A DNA stretch of 62,956 nucleotides, filler included, from Octopus bimaculoides (GCF_001194135.2; 7 parts of 6 records of this genome joined end to end with filler, not necessarily neighbours in it), one strand, 5' to 3'. Positions 24,691-37,526 are shown, numbered from the whole stretch's first letter. Notes: generated from the sequence alone by a model not told the origin. A program made the numbers and translations.

Positions 24691-25481
24691 NNNNNNNNNN
24701 NNNNNNNNNNNNNNNNNNNNNNNNNNNNNNNNNNTTAATTAATTAANNNNNNNNNNNNNNNNNNNNNNNNNNNNNNNNNNNNNNNNNNNNATATATAAAG
24801 GTATCTCTTTCTCTCTCCCTTTCTCTCTATATATTTGTGTGTGTATATGCATATGTATGTGTCTATGTATGGCTAAATTGAAATGTATGTGTGTATATAT
24901 ATGTATATATATATATGCACACACACACAAACACACATACACACACACACACACACACACATACATCAACATAACCTCACACAGAGGAAACACGTTGTGA
25001 GGTCTGTTGAGGGAGACGTCACCACACCACTTCGTTAGTTTTGCTAGTTCGTTAGTTCGTTAATTATTAATGAGAAGTGATGAGAGGAGATAATTCTGGA
25101 AGCTTTGTCTATCCCATAATTCTGTCTGTCTGGTGTGAAATCGGCCAGACCAATATTATTGTGTGTCCAATAACATTGATTTTCCTCTCTCTTCTTCAAT
25201 ACCTCTCTTTCTTCCATACCTCTCTTTCTTCCTTTTCATCTCTCTCTCTCTATCTATCTATCTCCTTTTCTTTCTCATCCTGCCGTTCTTCCTCTTCATG
25301 TATGTATGTGTAAGGGGATGTTTCTATGTGGCCTGCTTGTTTGTTGCACCTTGTTTACCATTTTGTCCTTGTTCTTTTGCCACGTCATGTACCCAGTTAT
25401 GTATTTATATGTACATGTAGATGAACGTATATACATACATGTATATATATATATATATATATGCATATACTCATATATTAA

Positions 25482-25548
25482 GAGAGACGATTGCGCTGGT
25501 ATGGACATGTGGTGAGAATGGAGGAGGATAGCTGCGTGAAAAAGTGCC
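25482..25548 (+). mobile_element. RTE-clade LINE ORF C-terminal fragment
   Basis: ERRLRWYGHVVRMEEDSCVKKC, the typical RTE RLRWxGHVxRM motif; runs into a gap. Confidence 0.8.
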
Positions 25549-26139
25549 ANNNNNNNNNNNNNNNNNNNNNNNNNNNNNNNNNNNNNNNNNNNNNNNNNNN
25601 NNNNNNNNNNNNNNNNNNNNNNNNNNNNNNNNNNNNNNNNNNNNNNNNNNNNNNNNNNNNNNNNNNNNNNNNNNNNNNNNNNNNNNNNNNNNNNNNNNNN
25701 NNNNNNNNNNNNNNNNNNNNNNNNNNNNNNNNNNNNNNNNNNNNNNNNNNNNNNNNNNNNNNNNNNNNNNNNNNNNNNNNNNNNNNNNNNNNNNNNNNNN
25801 NNNNNNNNNNNNNNNNNNNNNNNNNNNNNNNNNNNNNNNNNNNNNNNNNNNNNNNNNNNNNNNNNNNNNNNNNNNNNNNNNNNNNNNNNNNNNNNNNNNN
25901 NNNNNNNNNNNNNNNNNNNNNNNNNNNNNNNNNNNNNNNNNNNNNNNNNNNNNNNNNNNNNNNNNNNNNNNNNNNNNNNNNNNNNNNNNNNNNNNNNNNN
26001 NNNNNNNNNNNNNNNNNNNNNNNNNNNNNNNNNNNNNNNNNNNNNNNNNNNNNNNNNNNNNNNNNNNNNNNNNNNNNNNNNNNNNNNNNNNNNNNNNNNN
26101 NNNNNNNNNNNNNNNNAGGATTTTCAAGCGAGATCGTTG

Positions 26140-26418
26140 CCAGTGCCCCTGGACTGGCTTGTGCGCGTGGCACATAAACGACACCATTTCGAGCGTGGCC
26201 GTTGCCAGTACCGCCTGACTGGCTTTCGTGCAGGTGACACGTAAAAGCACCTACTACACTCTCTGAGTGGTTGGCGTTAGGAAGGGCATCCAGCTGTAGA
26301 AACTCTGCCAAATCAGACTGGAGCCTGGTGTTGCCATCCGGTTTCACCAGTCCTCAGTCAAATCGTCCAACCCATGCTAGCATGGAAAGCGGACGTTAAA
26401 CGATGATGATGATGATGA
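26140..26418 (+). mobile_element. RTE-type 3' end repeat with (GAT)n tail
   Basis: ...ggaagggcatccagctgtagaaac...ccaacccatgctagcatggaaagcggacgttaaacgatgatg; near-identical copies elsewhere in the window. Confidence 0.8.
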
Positions 26419-26724
26419 TATATATATATATACACATATGTGTCTGTCAATATATATATATATACATATATTCGCCTTTGGGCTTCATTTTTTATCTTTG
26501 TCTACTTCTCTTTCTCTGGATATCTGTGTACGTGTGCTTGTTATGCGCGCGTGTGCGCGTGTATGTGTGTACATGCATGTGTGTATACATACAGGTAGAT
26601 AGATAGATAGATAGATACTTGTTCACTTCTCTAGCTTTCACATCCTCTGTCTCTCCATCTCTCTCAATATGTGTGTGTGTGTGTGTGCTCCAGTATGACT
26701 GCAGCTGCATGGCTGAAATGAATA

Positions 26725-26759
<35 letters not shown>

Positions 26760-27120
26760 TAAAAACAAATAATAAATGAGTATATGCATATATACATACA
26801 GGTATGTGCATACCTACGTCTACCTGTATATATAGGTGCATATCTGGGTACAGGACATTGCAAACAAAACGTAGACAAGAAAATAATAACTAGAGTACAG
26901 AAAACACACAAGCCACATAGAGAACATTTTCCTTCATCAGCTACCCCCGTTTTAACACCGGCGTTTCGAAGAGTTGGGCAGGACGCATCGTTAAAACGGC
27001 TCTTCCCATGGACCGCAAATNNNNNNNNNNNNNNNNNNNNNNNNNNNNNNNNNNNNNNNNNNNNTTAATTAATTAANNNNNNNNNNNNNNNNNNNNNNNN
27101 NNNNNNNNNNNNNNNNNNNN

Positions 27121-27205
27121 AAGATGATGGTGATGATAACGATGATGATGATGATGATGATGGGGATGATGATAATGATGGTGATGATGATGATGGTGAT
27201 GATGG

Positions 27206-27240
<35 letters not shown>

Positions 27241-27400
27241 GGGATGAAGATGATGGTGATGATGATGATGATGGTGATGATAACGATGATGATGATGATG
27301 ATGATGGGGATGATGGTGGTGGTCACGATGGTGATGGTATCGATGATGACGATGACGACGACGACGACAATGATGGTGGCGGTGATGGTGATGCTGACAC
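27121..27400. repeat. Compound (GAT)n microsatellite
   Basis: GAT/GGT repeats; source of the poly-M/H/D pseudo-ORFs. Confidence 0.9.
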
Positions 27401-28447
27401 TGCGAGATAATCGTTAAGGCCGGACGTTTTTGCTTCAGCAGATCCATGGAAGAGGTTAGTGGCTGCTTGACACTTTTAATCACACACGGATTAGATGACG
27501 CTCTGTTTTAGGATCAATCTAGTTATAGACGGACAGATTAGAGGCCGGGATGTTGTAGGGATGGACCTGCGCATGTGTAACCGCGTGCGCATGCGTGCCA
27601 TCACGTGTGTGCTTACGTGCGTGTGTACGCGAATGTGTATATGTGTGCGTATAAGTATGTGTTACTTGTGTGTTACATGGATGTACCTGCGTTTGTTTGT
27701 GTCTGTGTGAATGTGCGACCGCAGGAACATGTGCGTGTGTGTGTGTATGTGAGTGTGTGAGTGTGTGTGTGTGTGATTATGTGTATGTGAATGTGTGTGA
27801 ATTTCATGTTTATGTGAATATGTGCGTATCAGTGACTGGATTTGTGGCTGTGTGTGTTTTTGTGTGTGTGTATGAGGTCGTGTTTATATGAATGTGTGTG
27901 CGTGTGCCTGGCTGCGTGTGCCTGGCTTTGTGTACAATTGATTCTGACTGTGTGTATATATATATATATATATATNNNNNNNNNNNNNNNNNNNNNNNNN
28001 NNNNNNNNNNNNNNNNNNNNNNNNNNNNNNNNNNNNNNNNNNNNNNNNNNNNNNNNNNNNNNNNNNNNNNNNNNNNNNNNNNNNTCTCGATTTCTGTGTC
28101 TTCTTATATGTGTGTGTGAGCATATATATATGTGTGAGTGTGAGTGTGTACGTGTATATATATACACGTACACACTCACACTCACACATATATATATGCG
28201 TGTATACACACATCTCTCTATATATTTAAATTTGTACAGATATTTATATATACATATACACATGTATATATACATATATACGATGTTAGGGGGACAAATG
28301 CAGACAAAAACATATACACACATATATATATATATATAAATACATATATGCGACGGCTTCTTTCAGTTTCCGTCTACCAAATCCACACACAAGGCTTTGG
28401 TCGGTGCGAGACTATAGTAGAAGACACTTGCCCAAGGTGCCACGCAG

Positions 28448-28504
28448 TGGTAGCGGTGAGGTGTATGTAAAAGGAGATGGATAGGTGTATTCTTATTGCT
28501 GAAG

Positions 28505-28546
<42 letters not shown>

Positions 28547-29293
28547 TTGTCTGACCGTGTTAATGTATACTTATGCAAACACATTTATCTGTGTGCGTGT
28601 GTGCGCAAGTATATATGCTCCCATGTGATTATGGCTAAAATGTTGAAGACTACCTGATGACACAAAAGCCCCATGATATTGTGTTATAAATCGAACAGTA
28701 AAATTATCGTATATATGTCCTATTTTAACATCAATTGCCATTCTATTGAGAGTTTGGCATCTCTCCAGCAATGAAGTTGTTGTCATTGACCCCGCTGGGC
28801 TAGCGATGTTAAAGCAACAAGGCACCGGATCAGCATATATGTGGCCCCCATCATGTCAAACGGTCTTTAAAAAGCCACCACGAGTTAACAAAACATTGGC
28901 ATTTGGCAAAATTTTCTGTCAAATCCAATGGCATTTTTACGAGCCGAAATAAACAGAAAATCTCTCCGAACTCAGGAAGGAGTTCCCGTTTATAAGAAAG
29001 AGCGGGAAGGAAGATAGTAAGAAAAGGAAATATAAAATTAGGGAAAATAAACAATGAAACAAAAGAAGAACCCGCAGAAACAAAGAAACAAAATATTAGT
29101 ATGAAACGAGTGCCTTGTTGTTGTCGTCGTTGTCGTCGAAGAGACATGAACCAGTGGCCGGGAGTGGTGATAGAGGTTTAACAGAATAGACCATAATTCA
29201 ACACGATTGTTGAATGTGGAATTTTTCGTGCTGGTAGCGGTGATGTGAATGTAAAAGGAGATGGATGGGTGTATTTTTATTGCTGAAGAAACA
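28448..29293 (+). repeat. 62-bp direct duplication (28448-28509 and 29232-29293)
   Basis: 58/62 identical. Confidence 0.88.
28654..28790 (-). other. Candidate exon of an unidentified leftward transcript (MTTTSLLERCQTLNRMAIDVKIGHIYDNFTVRFITQYHGAFVSS)
   Basis: Complex unique sequence next to the promoter patch; open frame ending at CAG|gtagtc. No recognisable homology. Confidence 0.25.
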
Positions 29294-29504
29294 ACTCTCA
29301 CCCCTTACTATGATCCTCCAACTATGACATTTAGTCTGTTTTGCAAAGCTCTCACAAACCCTCACCTCATATTCAACTGTAAGGTTGGAAGTGGCTCAGT
29401 GATTTCCTTTTGGTATTATTATCCGTTGTTATTGTCCGAGAGGAAAAAAAGTTCAATGGTCAACTATAGATTTGAAGAGGCCTTAAATTGTCAGAGTTCA
29501 ACTC

Positions 29505-29565
29505 AAACGGACTTCCGAAAACATAAAATGGCGGCCGTTTCCGTTTCGTCGACACGACTTCCTGT
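29505..29565. promoter_or_regulatory. Promoter-like CpG-rich patch with YY1 and ETS-type motifs
   Basis: ACTTCCG (29511-29517), AAAATGGCGGCC (29525-29536), GTTTCCG (29537-29543) and ACTTCCTG (29557-29564) clustered in non-repetitive CpG-rich sequence. Confidence 0.55.
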
Positions 29566-30459
29566 CGTCCATTCACCACTTACAGTACTGTTTCTCAGCT
29601 TAAATGTATAGCGTTATATATCGTTAACCCTGTTTTATTTCCAGCTTCTGACATGTGTCGATATATTTCAGGCTGNNNNNNNNNNTATATATATATGCAT
29701 ATACACATATATATGTCGCTCCTATCTATCAATATATCCATATAAATATATATACATACACATATATATATACATACATAAATATTTATATACATGTATG
29801 TATATACCTTCATAGATATATTTACATATTTATTTATATATATACATAGTAATGTATAAATATATACATATATATATATACACATATATATACACATATA
29901 TACATACATACATGCACATACATACAAACATACATATATATTTATACATACACACACACACACTCATAGACACACTCACACACGCACATACACACATATG
30001 CACATTTGCGTATATACATGCGTATACACAGAAATCTAAATATGTAGAGATACACCATTGATAAAAGGTAATGAAAATATAAAGCGATGAACGAGGGAGG
30101 CAGCTAGTAGGTTGTTAGTGGTGGTGGTGTTGGTAGTGGTGCTGGTAGTGTTGTTGTTGTTGGTGTTAGTGTTGTTGTTGTTGTTGGTAGTGGTGGTAGT
30201 GGTGGTGGTGGTGATGGTGTTGGTGGTGGTACAAGTTGTTGTTATTTTCTAAGGTAGTGTTACATCGATGTTGGGATTGTCTGTAACGGTAATGTTTGTG
30301 TTATTGTTGTCGTTGGTGTTGTTGTTGTTGTTGATGGTGAGGGTGTTGGTGGTAGTGCAGATTGTTTTGAAATTAGAATGACAGAGTAATTATGTTTTTA
30401 CCGAGTACTAACTTGAAATAGAGTATCTCTTGGTAAGTGATATAAACCCTAGACATACG

Positions 30460-30522
<63 letters not shown>

Positions 30523-30656
30523 NNNNNNNNNNNNNNNNNNNNNNNNNNNNNNNNNNNNNNNNNNNNNNNNNNNNNNNNNNNNNNNNNNNNNNNNNNNNNN
30601 NNNNNNNNNNNNNNNNNNNNNNNNNNNNNNNNNNNNNNNNNNNNNNNNNNNNNNNN

Positions 30657-30697
<41 letters not shown>

Positions 30698-31194
30698 TAT
30701 ATACAATTTATACATCTATATATACACGCATATATATATATATATACATATATACATACATGTATATATGTATATACATATATATATGTATATATACATA
30801 TATATATATCGGTATATATATATATGTATATATACATATATATATATCGGTATATATATATATATATGTACATACATGTATACCTATATATATGTGTAGA
30901 TATGTATACACACATATGTACGTATGTATATTTGCAAGCATATACACGCACACACATATACTCCCATATACGTGCGCACGCATATACATTCACTTATGGT
31001 GAGAAAGAGAGAGAGAGAGGGAGAAATTGAGAAAGTTCGAGAAAGAAAAAAAAGCTGTTATTGCGAGATAATTAACAGAGAAGTGTTTACAATTCCTGGA
31101 ATATATCCTCACTATAGAGCCGAGGTTTCACTAAATCTCATTGGATTTGCTTTAATGATCTCCTCATTGCTGTTGTTGTTGTTATTGTTAGTAA

Positions 31195-31650
31195 AGGAGA
31201 AGGAAATTGGCAGAACTGGAAGGGCTCGGAGAAATGCTTTGCCTAAAGTTATTTTGTCGTTTTAGTTTCGGAGTTCAAATCTAGCTGATGTTAACTTTGT
31301 CTTTCATTGTTGTTTGAAGAAAAAGAAAAGAAAAAAAAAATCCCAGTCAAACAAGAACAATGGTCAAGGTTGTCGATTAAGCAACACCTCAAAATTGCTG
31401 ACCTCCCGCAAAAATCAGAAAGCCTTATTATTATTATTATTATTATTATTATCATTATTATTACCAAGACGGTGAAGTGGCAGAATCGTTAGTATACCGT
31501 ACGAAATGCCTATCGGCATTTCGTCCGTCTTTGCGCTTGATTTCGTTTTTCATCCTTGATTTAGCATTTCATGCTTTCGGGGTCCTGAATTAAGTACCAG
31601 CTGATGCGATCAACTATCTCCTTAACCCAAAATTTCAGGCCTTGTGACTA
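31195..31650 (+). mobile_element. Two SINE family A copies (~31195-31300, ~31465-31650)
   Basis: Family A head and core motifs. Confidence 0.7.
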
Positions 31651-31794
31651 TACAAGTAAGGCCTCCTCCTCTTCTTGATAATGATAATAATAATGTTATA
31701 TTCATATTTACATATATATTTAAACAGACAGACATAATATTATATGATATTATATTATTATTATGTGCGAATATGTATATCTGTGTGTTTGTAG

Positions 31795-31840
<46 letters not shown>

Positions 31841-32311
31841 GTATATATATATATGAAGTGAATGAAATAGAAAAAGATAAAGAGTTAGAGAAATAGAGAG
31901 ATAGGGACAAATAGAGAGAAAGAGAAAGAGAGTGAGAGAGAAGAGGTGGAGAGAAAGAAAGGGAAGTACAAAATAATAATGAGATACGAAGATAAGGATT
32001 CATAAATAGATAATGATATTTTGATATATGTTTGTGTGTATTTATGCATTTTACGTATGTATATATATGTGTGTGTGAGTGTTTGCGTTTGTGTATATAT
32101 ATGTATATGTGTACTCATGCATACGTTTATACATACGCACACACGCATAAATAGTTATACACATATACATGAAGAAAAAAAACAACATATTTCTATAGTC
32201 ATAAAAGCATTAACTACGAAAAATAATGGCTAAAGAATACATCTTATTTGCTTCGTACGGAGAGTTATTGTAAGTAGATAAAGCAGAATGTAATAATGTA
32301 ATAATGACAAA

Positions 32312-32362
32312 ATGGCTGCCCACAAAAATTTTGAATGGCGCGAAAAAAATCTATCGCGAATT
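32312..32362 (+). CDS. Candidate first coding exon of MAP3K1 (MAAHKNFEWREKNLSRI)
   Basis: ACAAAATGGCTGCC start context, in-frame stop 18 nt upstream, ATT|gtatgg donor in phase 0 compatible with exon 44586; weak EWxE similarity to the MEKK1 N-terminus. Unproven. Confidence 0.3.
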
Positions 32363-32629
32363 GTATGGATGTATTTAAGAGCGTCGTAAATTAGGAAAAC
32401 GATGAAATCACGTCAAAACATTATTTGGTCGTAAAGTTAAAACTTTCTAATTAGAGTTATAGTCTTTGTGATAGCTATTGGTGGTGGAGGTTGTGATAGC
32501 TGGGTACTGCTGTGATGGTGGTGTTTGTGTTGTGGGTTTTGCAGGGCATATAATAGATTTTCTGGCGGTTGTAGTAGCGTCTGTATGTGTGTGATTACAG
32601 TGGTAGTCGTGTTTAATGTTGGAGCTGGA

Positions 32630-32840
32630 AAAGCCTTCGAGCTGGTAGAATCGTTGGCATGTCGGGAAAAATGCTTAGCGGCATTTTCTCCGTTTTTACG
32701 TTCTGAGTTCAACTTCCACCGAGGTCGACTTTGCCTTTCATCTCTTTCAGGGTCGATAAATTAAGTACCAGTTGAACATTGGAGTCGATGTAATCGACTT
32801 AACCCCTCTCCCTGACCTCGATGGCCTTGTGCCAAAATCT
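32630..32840 (+). mobile_element. SINE family A copy
   Basis: gctggtagaatcgttggc...gtcgactttgcctttcatc...aagtaccag. Confidence 0.8.
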
Positions 32841-32970
32841 GGGGTTGGATGCCTATGACAATGTTGCTGCTAGACATAGCTGCGGTTGTGGTGATTGTTT
32901 AGGCGGTAGTTGGTAGTGGTGACTGAGGGGTAGTTGTAGTGTTTATATTAGTAATTTGTTGTGATGGCTG

Positions 32971-33033
<63 letters not shown>

Positions 33034-33857
33034 GTGGTAGTTGTAATGTTAGTTTAGGATGTTTGTAATAGTGGTTGCTACTAGAAATAGCTATGATTGG
33101 AGTGAATTTCATGACGGAGCTTGGTGCTAACGGTACAGGTGGTGGTGCTGCAATATTTGCGGTCGTGTTTTAGTAACTACTGTAGTATGGCGGTAATATG
33201 CTGGTTGTTGTGCTTGTAGTAATTATTGAAGCATATACAGTTTAGGTAATAGTAGTAGCGGTGTTTGCGATATAGTGGTAGATACGGGAGAAGGTTGTGG
33301 TTGTTTTGTAGCTGCAGCGCTAGCAGTGTTGGTGTTAGTGGCGTCGTTGCCAGTAGCAGATGGTGGTGGTAACTTTGGGGCTGAATGTTGTAGTGTAGGT
33401 GGTAGTGTTTGTATTGGTGTTAATAGTAGCGGCGGTGGGTGGGTAGTGGGGTAGGGTGCGGCGAGGATGATAAACTGGTTCTGGAAGACGGATGAAGAAA
33501 CGGGAAATTGGAAAAAGAAGAAAAAAAAGAAAAGACTTTTTGAGAGATGAGAGATAAATATCAGAGAAGAGATCTAGATTGATCGATAGAAAGAAAGTGT
33601 GAGTATCTACGTGATAGAGAAATATATATATANNNNNNNNNNNNNNNNNNNNNNNNNNNNNNNNNNNNNNNNNNNNNNNNNNNNNNNNNNNNNNNNNNNN
33701 NNNNNNNNNNNNNNNNNNNNNNNNNNNNNNNNNNNNNNNNNNNNNNNNNNNNNNNNNNNNNNNNNNNNNNNNNNNNNNNNNNNNNNNNNNNNNNNNNNNG
33801 ATTATAAGATAAGTAACTAAATAGATTGATAGAGAAAGTGAACGTGAGAAGGAGAGG

Positions 33858-33908
<51 letters not shown>

Positions 33909-34372
33909 GGAACACAAAAGGCGTTTTTTTTTATTGAACTTCGCTATGGGAAAAGCCTACAATCGCCAATAAATTATTATTCTTCCAGAACGTTGTTTCT
34001 TTTTCATAAACCATCCACGGTGTGCTCGAAGCTTACGAACTTCCTACACTCAGATCCTTGGGTCTTATAATTACATATCGATACATATATATATATATCG
34101 AGAGAGAGATAAAACTTACTTGGAAAAGGATGCGTGGCGTTCGATCATATAATAATATAAATAATATATAAATATATGCATACATACATACATGTACATA
34201 CCCACATATATATGTATATATATACATACATATATGGGTACAGGACAGCAACAAAAAAACGTAGACAAAATGAGAAACGAGAACATAAAAAAAACAAAAA
34301 CATAGACACAGATATACGTACATACGCATATACGACGGGCTTCTTTGAGTTTCCGTCTACCAAATCCACTTA

Positions 34373-34815
34373 CTAGTTAGTGCATGTCGGGAAAACATAC
34401 TATAATATAGTTAGTTTATGTCAGAAATACATACAATGATAAAGTTAGTGTATGTCGGGACATCGTACTCTAAACAATATTAGCTTTCATAAAGAAAACA
34501 CATTAATAATGCGAGTGTATATCCGGAAATGTATTATAATAAGGTCAGCATAAGTCAGGAAACTACTGTCATATAGTTAGTGAAGAAAACACATAACGTA
34601 TAACTAGTGTATGTCCAGAAAACATTTTAATGTGGTGGTAGTTGTTGTGCTGTTTATGGCAGATGTCGGGAAGATGTAATACAATATAGTTAGTGAATGT
34701 TTGACAAATAAACTGTTATAGTATACTGCATGCTGGGTAATCTTACTTTCGCAGAGTCAGTGTATACTAAAATCATATACTGTAATAGAGTTGATGTATG
34801 TCGGCAAAACTTATA
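34373..34815. repeat. Degenerate ~34-bp minisatellite (tagttagtgtatgtcgggaaaacatactataa)
   Basis: Recurrent ttagtgtatgtcgg...aaaca motif. Confidence 0.75.
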
Positions 34816-35179
34816 AATTTCAACCGTTTTGAGTCAAAGCGAAATACATTTAATATATAGTAAGGAAAAAAAATGAGTGACAAACTCTCGTTTAGATCGA
34901 GATTTAGTCAGTTTTAGTGAATATACGGTGACACCCATATATATTAGAGTGTGTGTCTGTGTATGTATGCTTGTGTGTTTGTTTGTGTGTGTGTGTGTGT
35001 ATTGAGAATTGATGGAGTGTGTGTGTGTATGTGTGACGGTGGTGGTGGTGGTAGGTGAATCCAACGAGAATCAGCGAGATTATAAGCAGAGATTAAGTTT
35101 TAACGGATATTTAGTGTTTGTAAGTTGCTGTTAAGATGACTAATCTTTCTATTTTCGCTATCTTGAAGTCATCATGAGG

Positions 35180-35512
35180 GGATTTATTGGTGGTAGAGCC
35201 GTGGTCAATGTAATGGTGAGTGCGGTGGTATGGGTACTGGTGCTGTTGTTGCTGGTGGTGGTGGAGGTAGTGATGACGTTGGTACTGGTGGTGGTAGTGG
35301 TGGTAGTGGTGTTAATGATGTTGGTGGAGGTAGTGATGGTGATGGCAGCAGTGGTAGTAATGGTGGTGGTAGTGGTAGTAGCGGTGTTGATGATGTTGGT
35401 GGTAGTAGTGATGGTGGTGGTAACAGTGGTAGTAATGGTGGTGGTAGTGGTGGTAGCGGTGTTGATGATGTTGGTGGTAGTAGTGATGGTGGTGGTAGCA
35501 GTGGTGGTTGTA
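35180..35512. repeat. Trinucleotide tract with 75-bp higher-order repeat
   Basis: gttgatgatgttggtggtagtagtgatggt... unit present about 3 times. Confidence 0.8.
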
Positions 35513-35619
35513 GATGCAATATGTATTCTATACTGGGACACATTTTGTTTCTGCAAATGCGCTGCACCTGTGAAAGTACAACATGCGACTACATCATTTA
35601 TATGCATTTATACATACAT

Positions 35620-35651
<32 letters not shown>

Positions 35652-36500
35652 TTGTTTATATACACACACACACATATATATATATACAAATGCACCCCCC
35701 TACAACCAGAGCCACACACACGGACACGCACACACATACACAGACTCCATCATCATTGACATTACCTCAAACAGATCCAATTTTCTCTTACTTATTCTCA
35801 TTTTTTCTCTGTGTCTCTTTCAATCCCTCCTTCTCTTCTGTTACTCTGACTTCCACCCTCTCACTCTTACTCTGCGCTTCTGCTATAACATTCTACCTTT
35901 ACCAACCCCCCTCCTCTCTTCTCTTCACCTTCTCACTACTTACTTCTACTTTCTATTTCACCCCCTCTCTCTTCTCGCTTCTCTCTTCATTTCACACATC
36001 CTTACTCCGCCATCGTTCGATCTTATAAAAGTCCTTCTACTCTCCTGCACCATCGGGTCCCATCCCCCTCCCTTACAGCTAATGTTGAAATCTGCTGCTT
36101 CGTTTTGAACCTTAAATCTCAAAGTTGACCTTTTTATCTAGATGTCTTTTAGAAATTGCTCTCCAAACATCAAGTGACGGCTTTATTGTATTAATAAACG
36201 CAACTGGCCACACATCTCATCTCAAACAATGTCAGCAGCGCTTTCGGCAACAGTAGCAGCAGCAGCAGCAGCAGCAGAAACAGCAGCAGCAACCTCAGCA
36301 GCAAAAACAGCATTCGCAGGAGCAGCAGCAGTCAATGACAACATCAGCATTAACAAAAAGAGGAAAAAAAAAACACAGAAAAAGAAAAATATGAACATAA
36401 TTGCCATCATTATTGATCACATGATCAAACTCATTTTTCTTGTTATCATCACGATCATCTAGCTGTCTGTCTGTCTGTCACTCTCTCCCCATCTATCTAG

Positions 36501-36767
36501 AGATCCCTGGCCTGGCAGTGCTATCGAGAAGCACTACCCGTTCGGGATAAGCTCTACAGGCATGGCTCGAGAAACACGGGGCCGACCTGTCCGAGATGCC
36601 GGCAGAGCGACGAAACCGTTCTGCACGCACTCGTACAGTGTCCCACCATTTCCGAGCTGTGGGCTTACGTCGAACAACTGCTATCGCGTGTGGGACGAGT
36701 CGGTCTATCAGCCGAGTCTATCGTGAATGTTGTCGCGCCTCCTTCCTTTAAACGGGAAGGAAGAGCT
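36501..36767 (+). mobile_element. Tx1/L1-clade LINE ORF2 fragment (zf-RVT zinc knuckle)
   Basis: RSLAWQCYREALPVRDKLYRHG...CPRCRQSDETVLHALVQCPTISELW; starts immediately after ATCTATCT and runs into a gap. Confidence 0.85.
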
Positions 36768-37416
36768 NNNNNNNNNNNNNNNNNNNNNNNNNNNNNNNNN
36801 NNNNNNNNNNNNNNNNNNNNNNNNNNNNNNNNNNNNNNNNNNNNNNNNNNNNNNNNNNNNNNNNNNNNNNNNNNNNNNNNNNNNNNNNNNNNNNNNNNNN
36901 NNNNNNNNNNNNNNNNNNNNNNNNNNNNNNNNNNNNNNNNNNNNNNNNNNNNNNNNNNNNNNNNNNNNNNNNNNNNNNNNNNNNNNNNNNNNNNNNNNNN
37001 NNNNNNNNNNNNNNNNNNNNNNNNNNNNNNNNNNNNNNNNNNNNNNNNNNNNNNNNNNNNNNNNNNNNNNNNNNNNNNNNNNNNNNNNNNNNNNNNNNNN
37101 NNNNNNNNNNNNNNNNNNNNNNNNNNNNNNNNNNNNNNNNNNNNNNNNNNNNNNNNNNNNNNNNNNNNNNNNNNNNNNNNNNNNNNNNNNNNNNNNNNNN
37201 NNNNNNNNNNNNNNNNNNNNNNNNNNNNNNNNNNNNNNNNNNNNNNNNNNNNNNNNNNNNNNNNNNNNNNNNNNNNNNNNNNNNNNNNNNNNNNNNNNNN
37301 NNNNNNNNNNNNNNNNNNNNNNNNNNNNNNNNNNNNNNNNNNNNNNNNNNNNNNNNNNNNNNNNNNNNNNNNNNNNNNNNNNNNNNNNNNNNNNNNNNNN
37401 NNNNNNNNNNNNNNNN

Positions 37417-37483
<67 letters not shown>

Positions 37484-37526
37484 ATCTATCTCTCTATCTA
37501 AAGAAAAGAAAAAGAGAGAGAGAGAG

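Noticed and set aside
24735-24746. TTAATTAATTAA islands inside N runs (also 27065, 43559, 53624, 55450, 60146)
   Set aside because: Identical palindromic 12-mer with stops in all six frames, always flanked by Ns: an artificial scaffolding linker, not biology.
36229-36462. Poly-alanine ORF MSAALSATVAAAAAAA...
   Set aside because: (GCA)n microsatellite with no splice or homology support.
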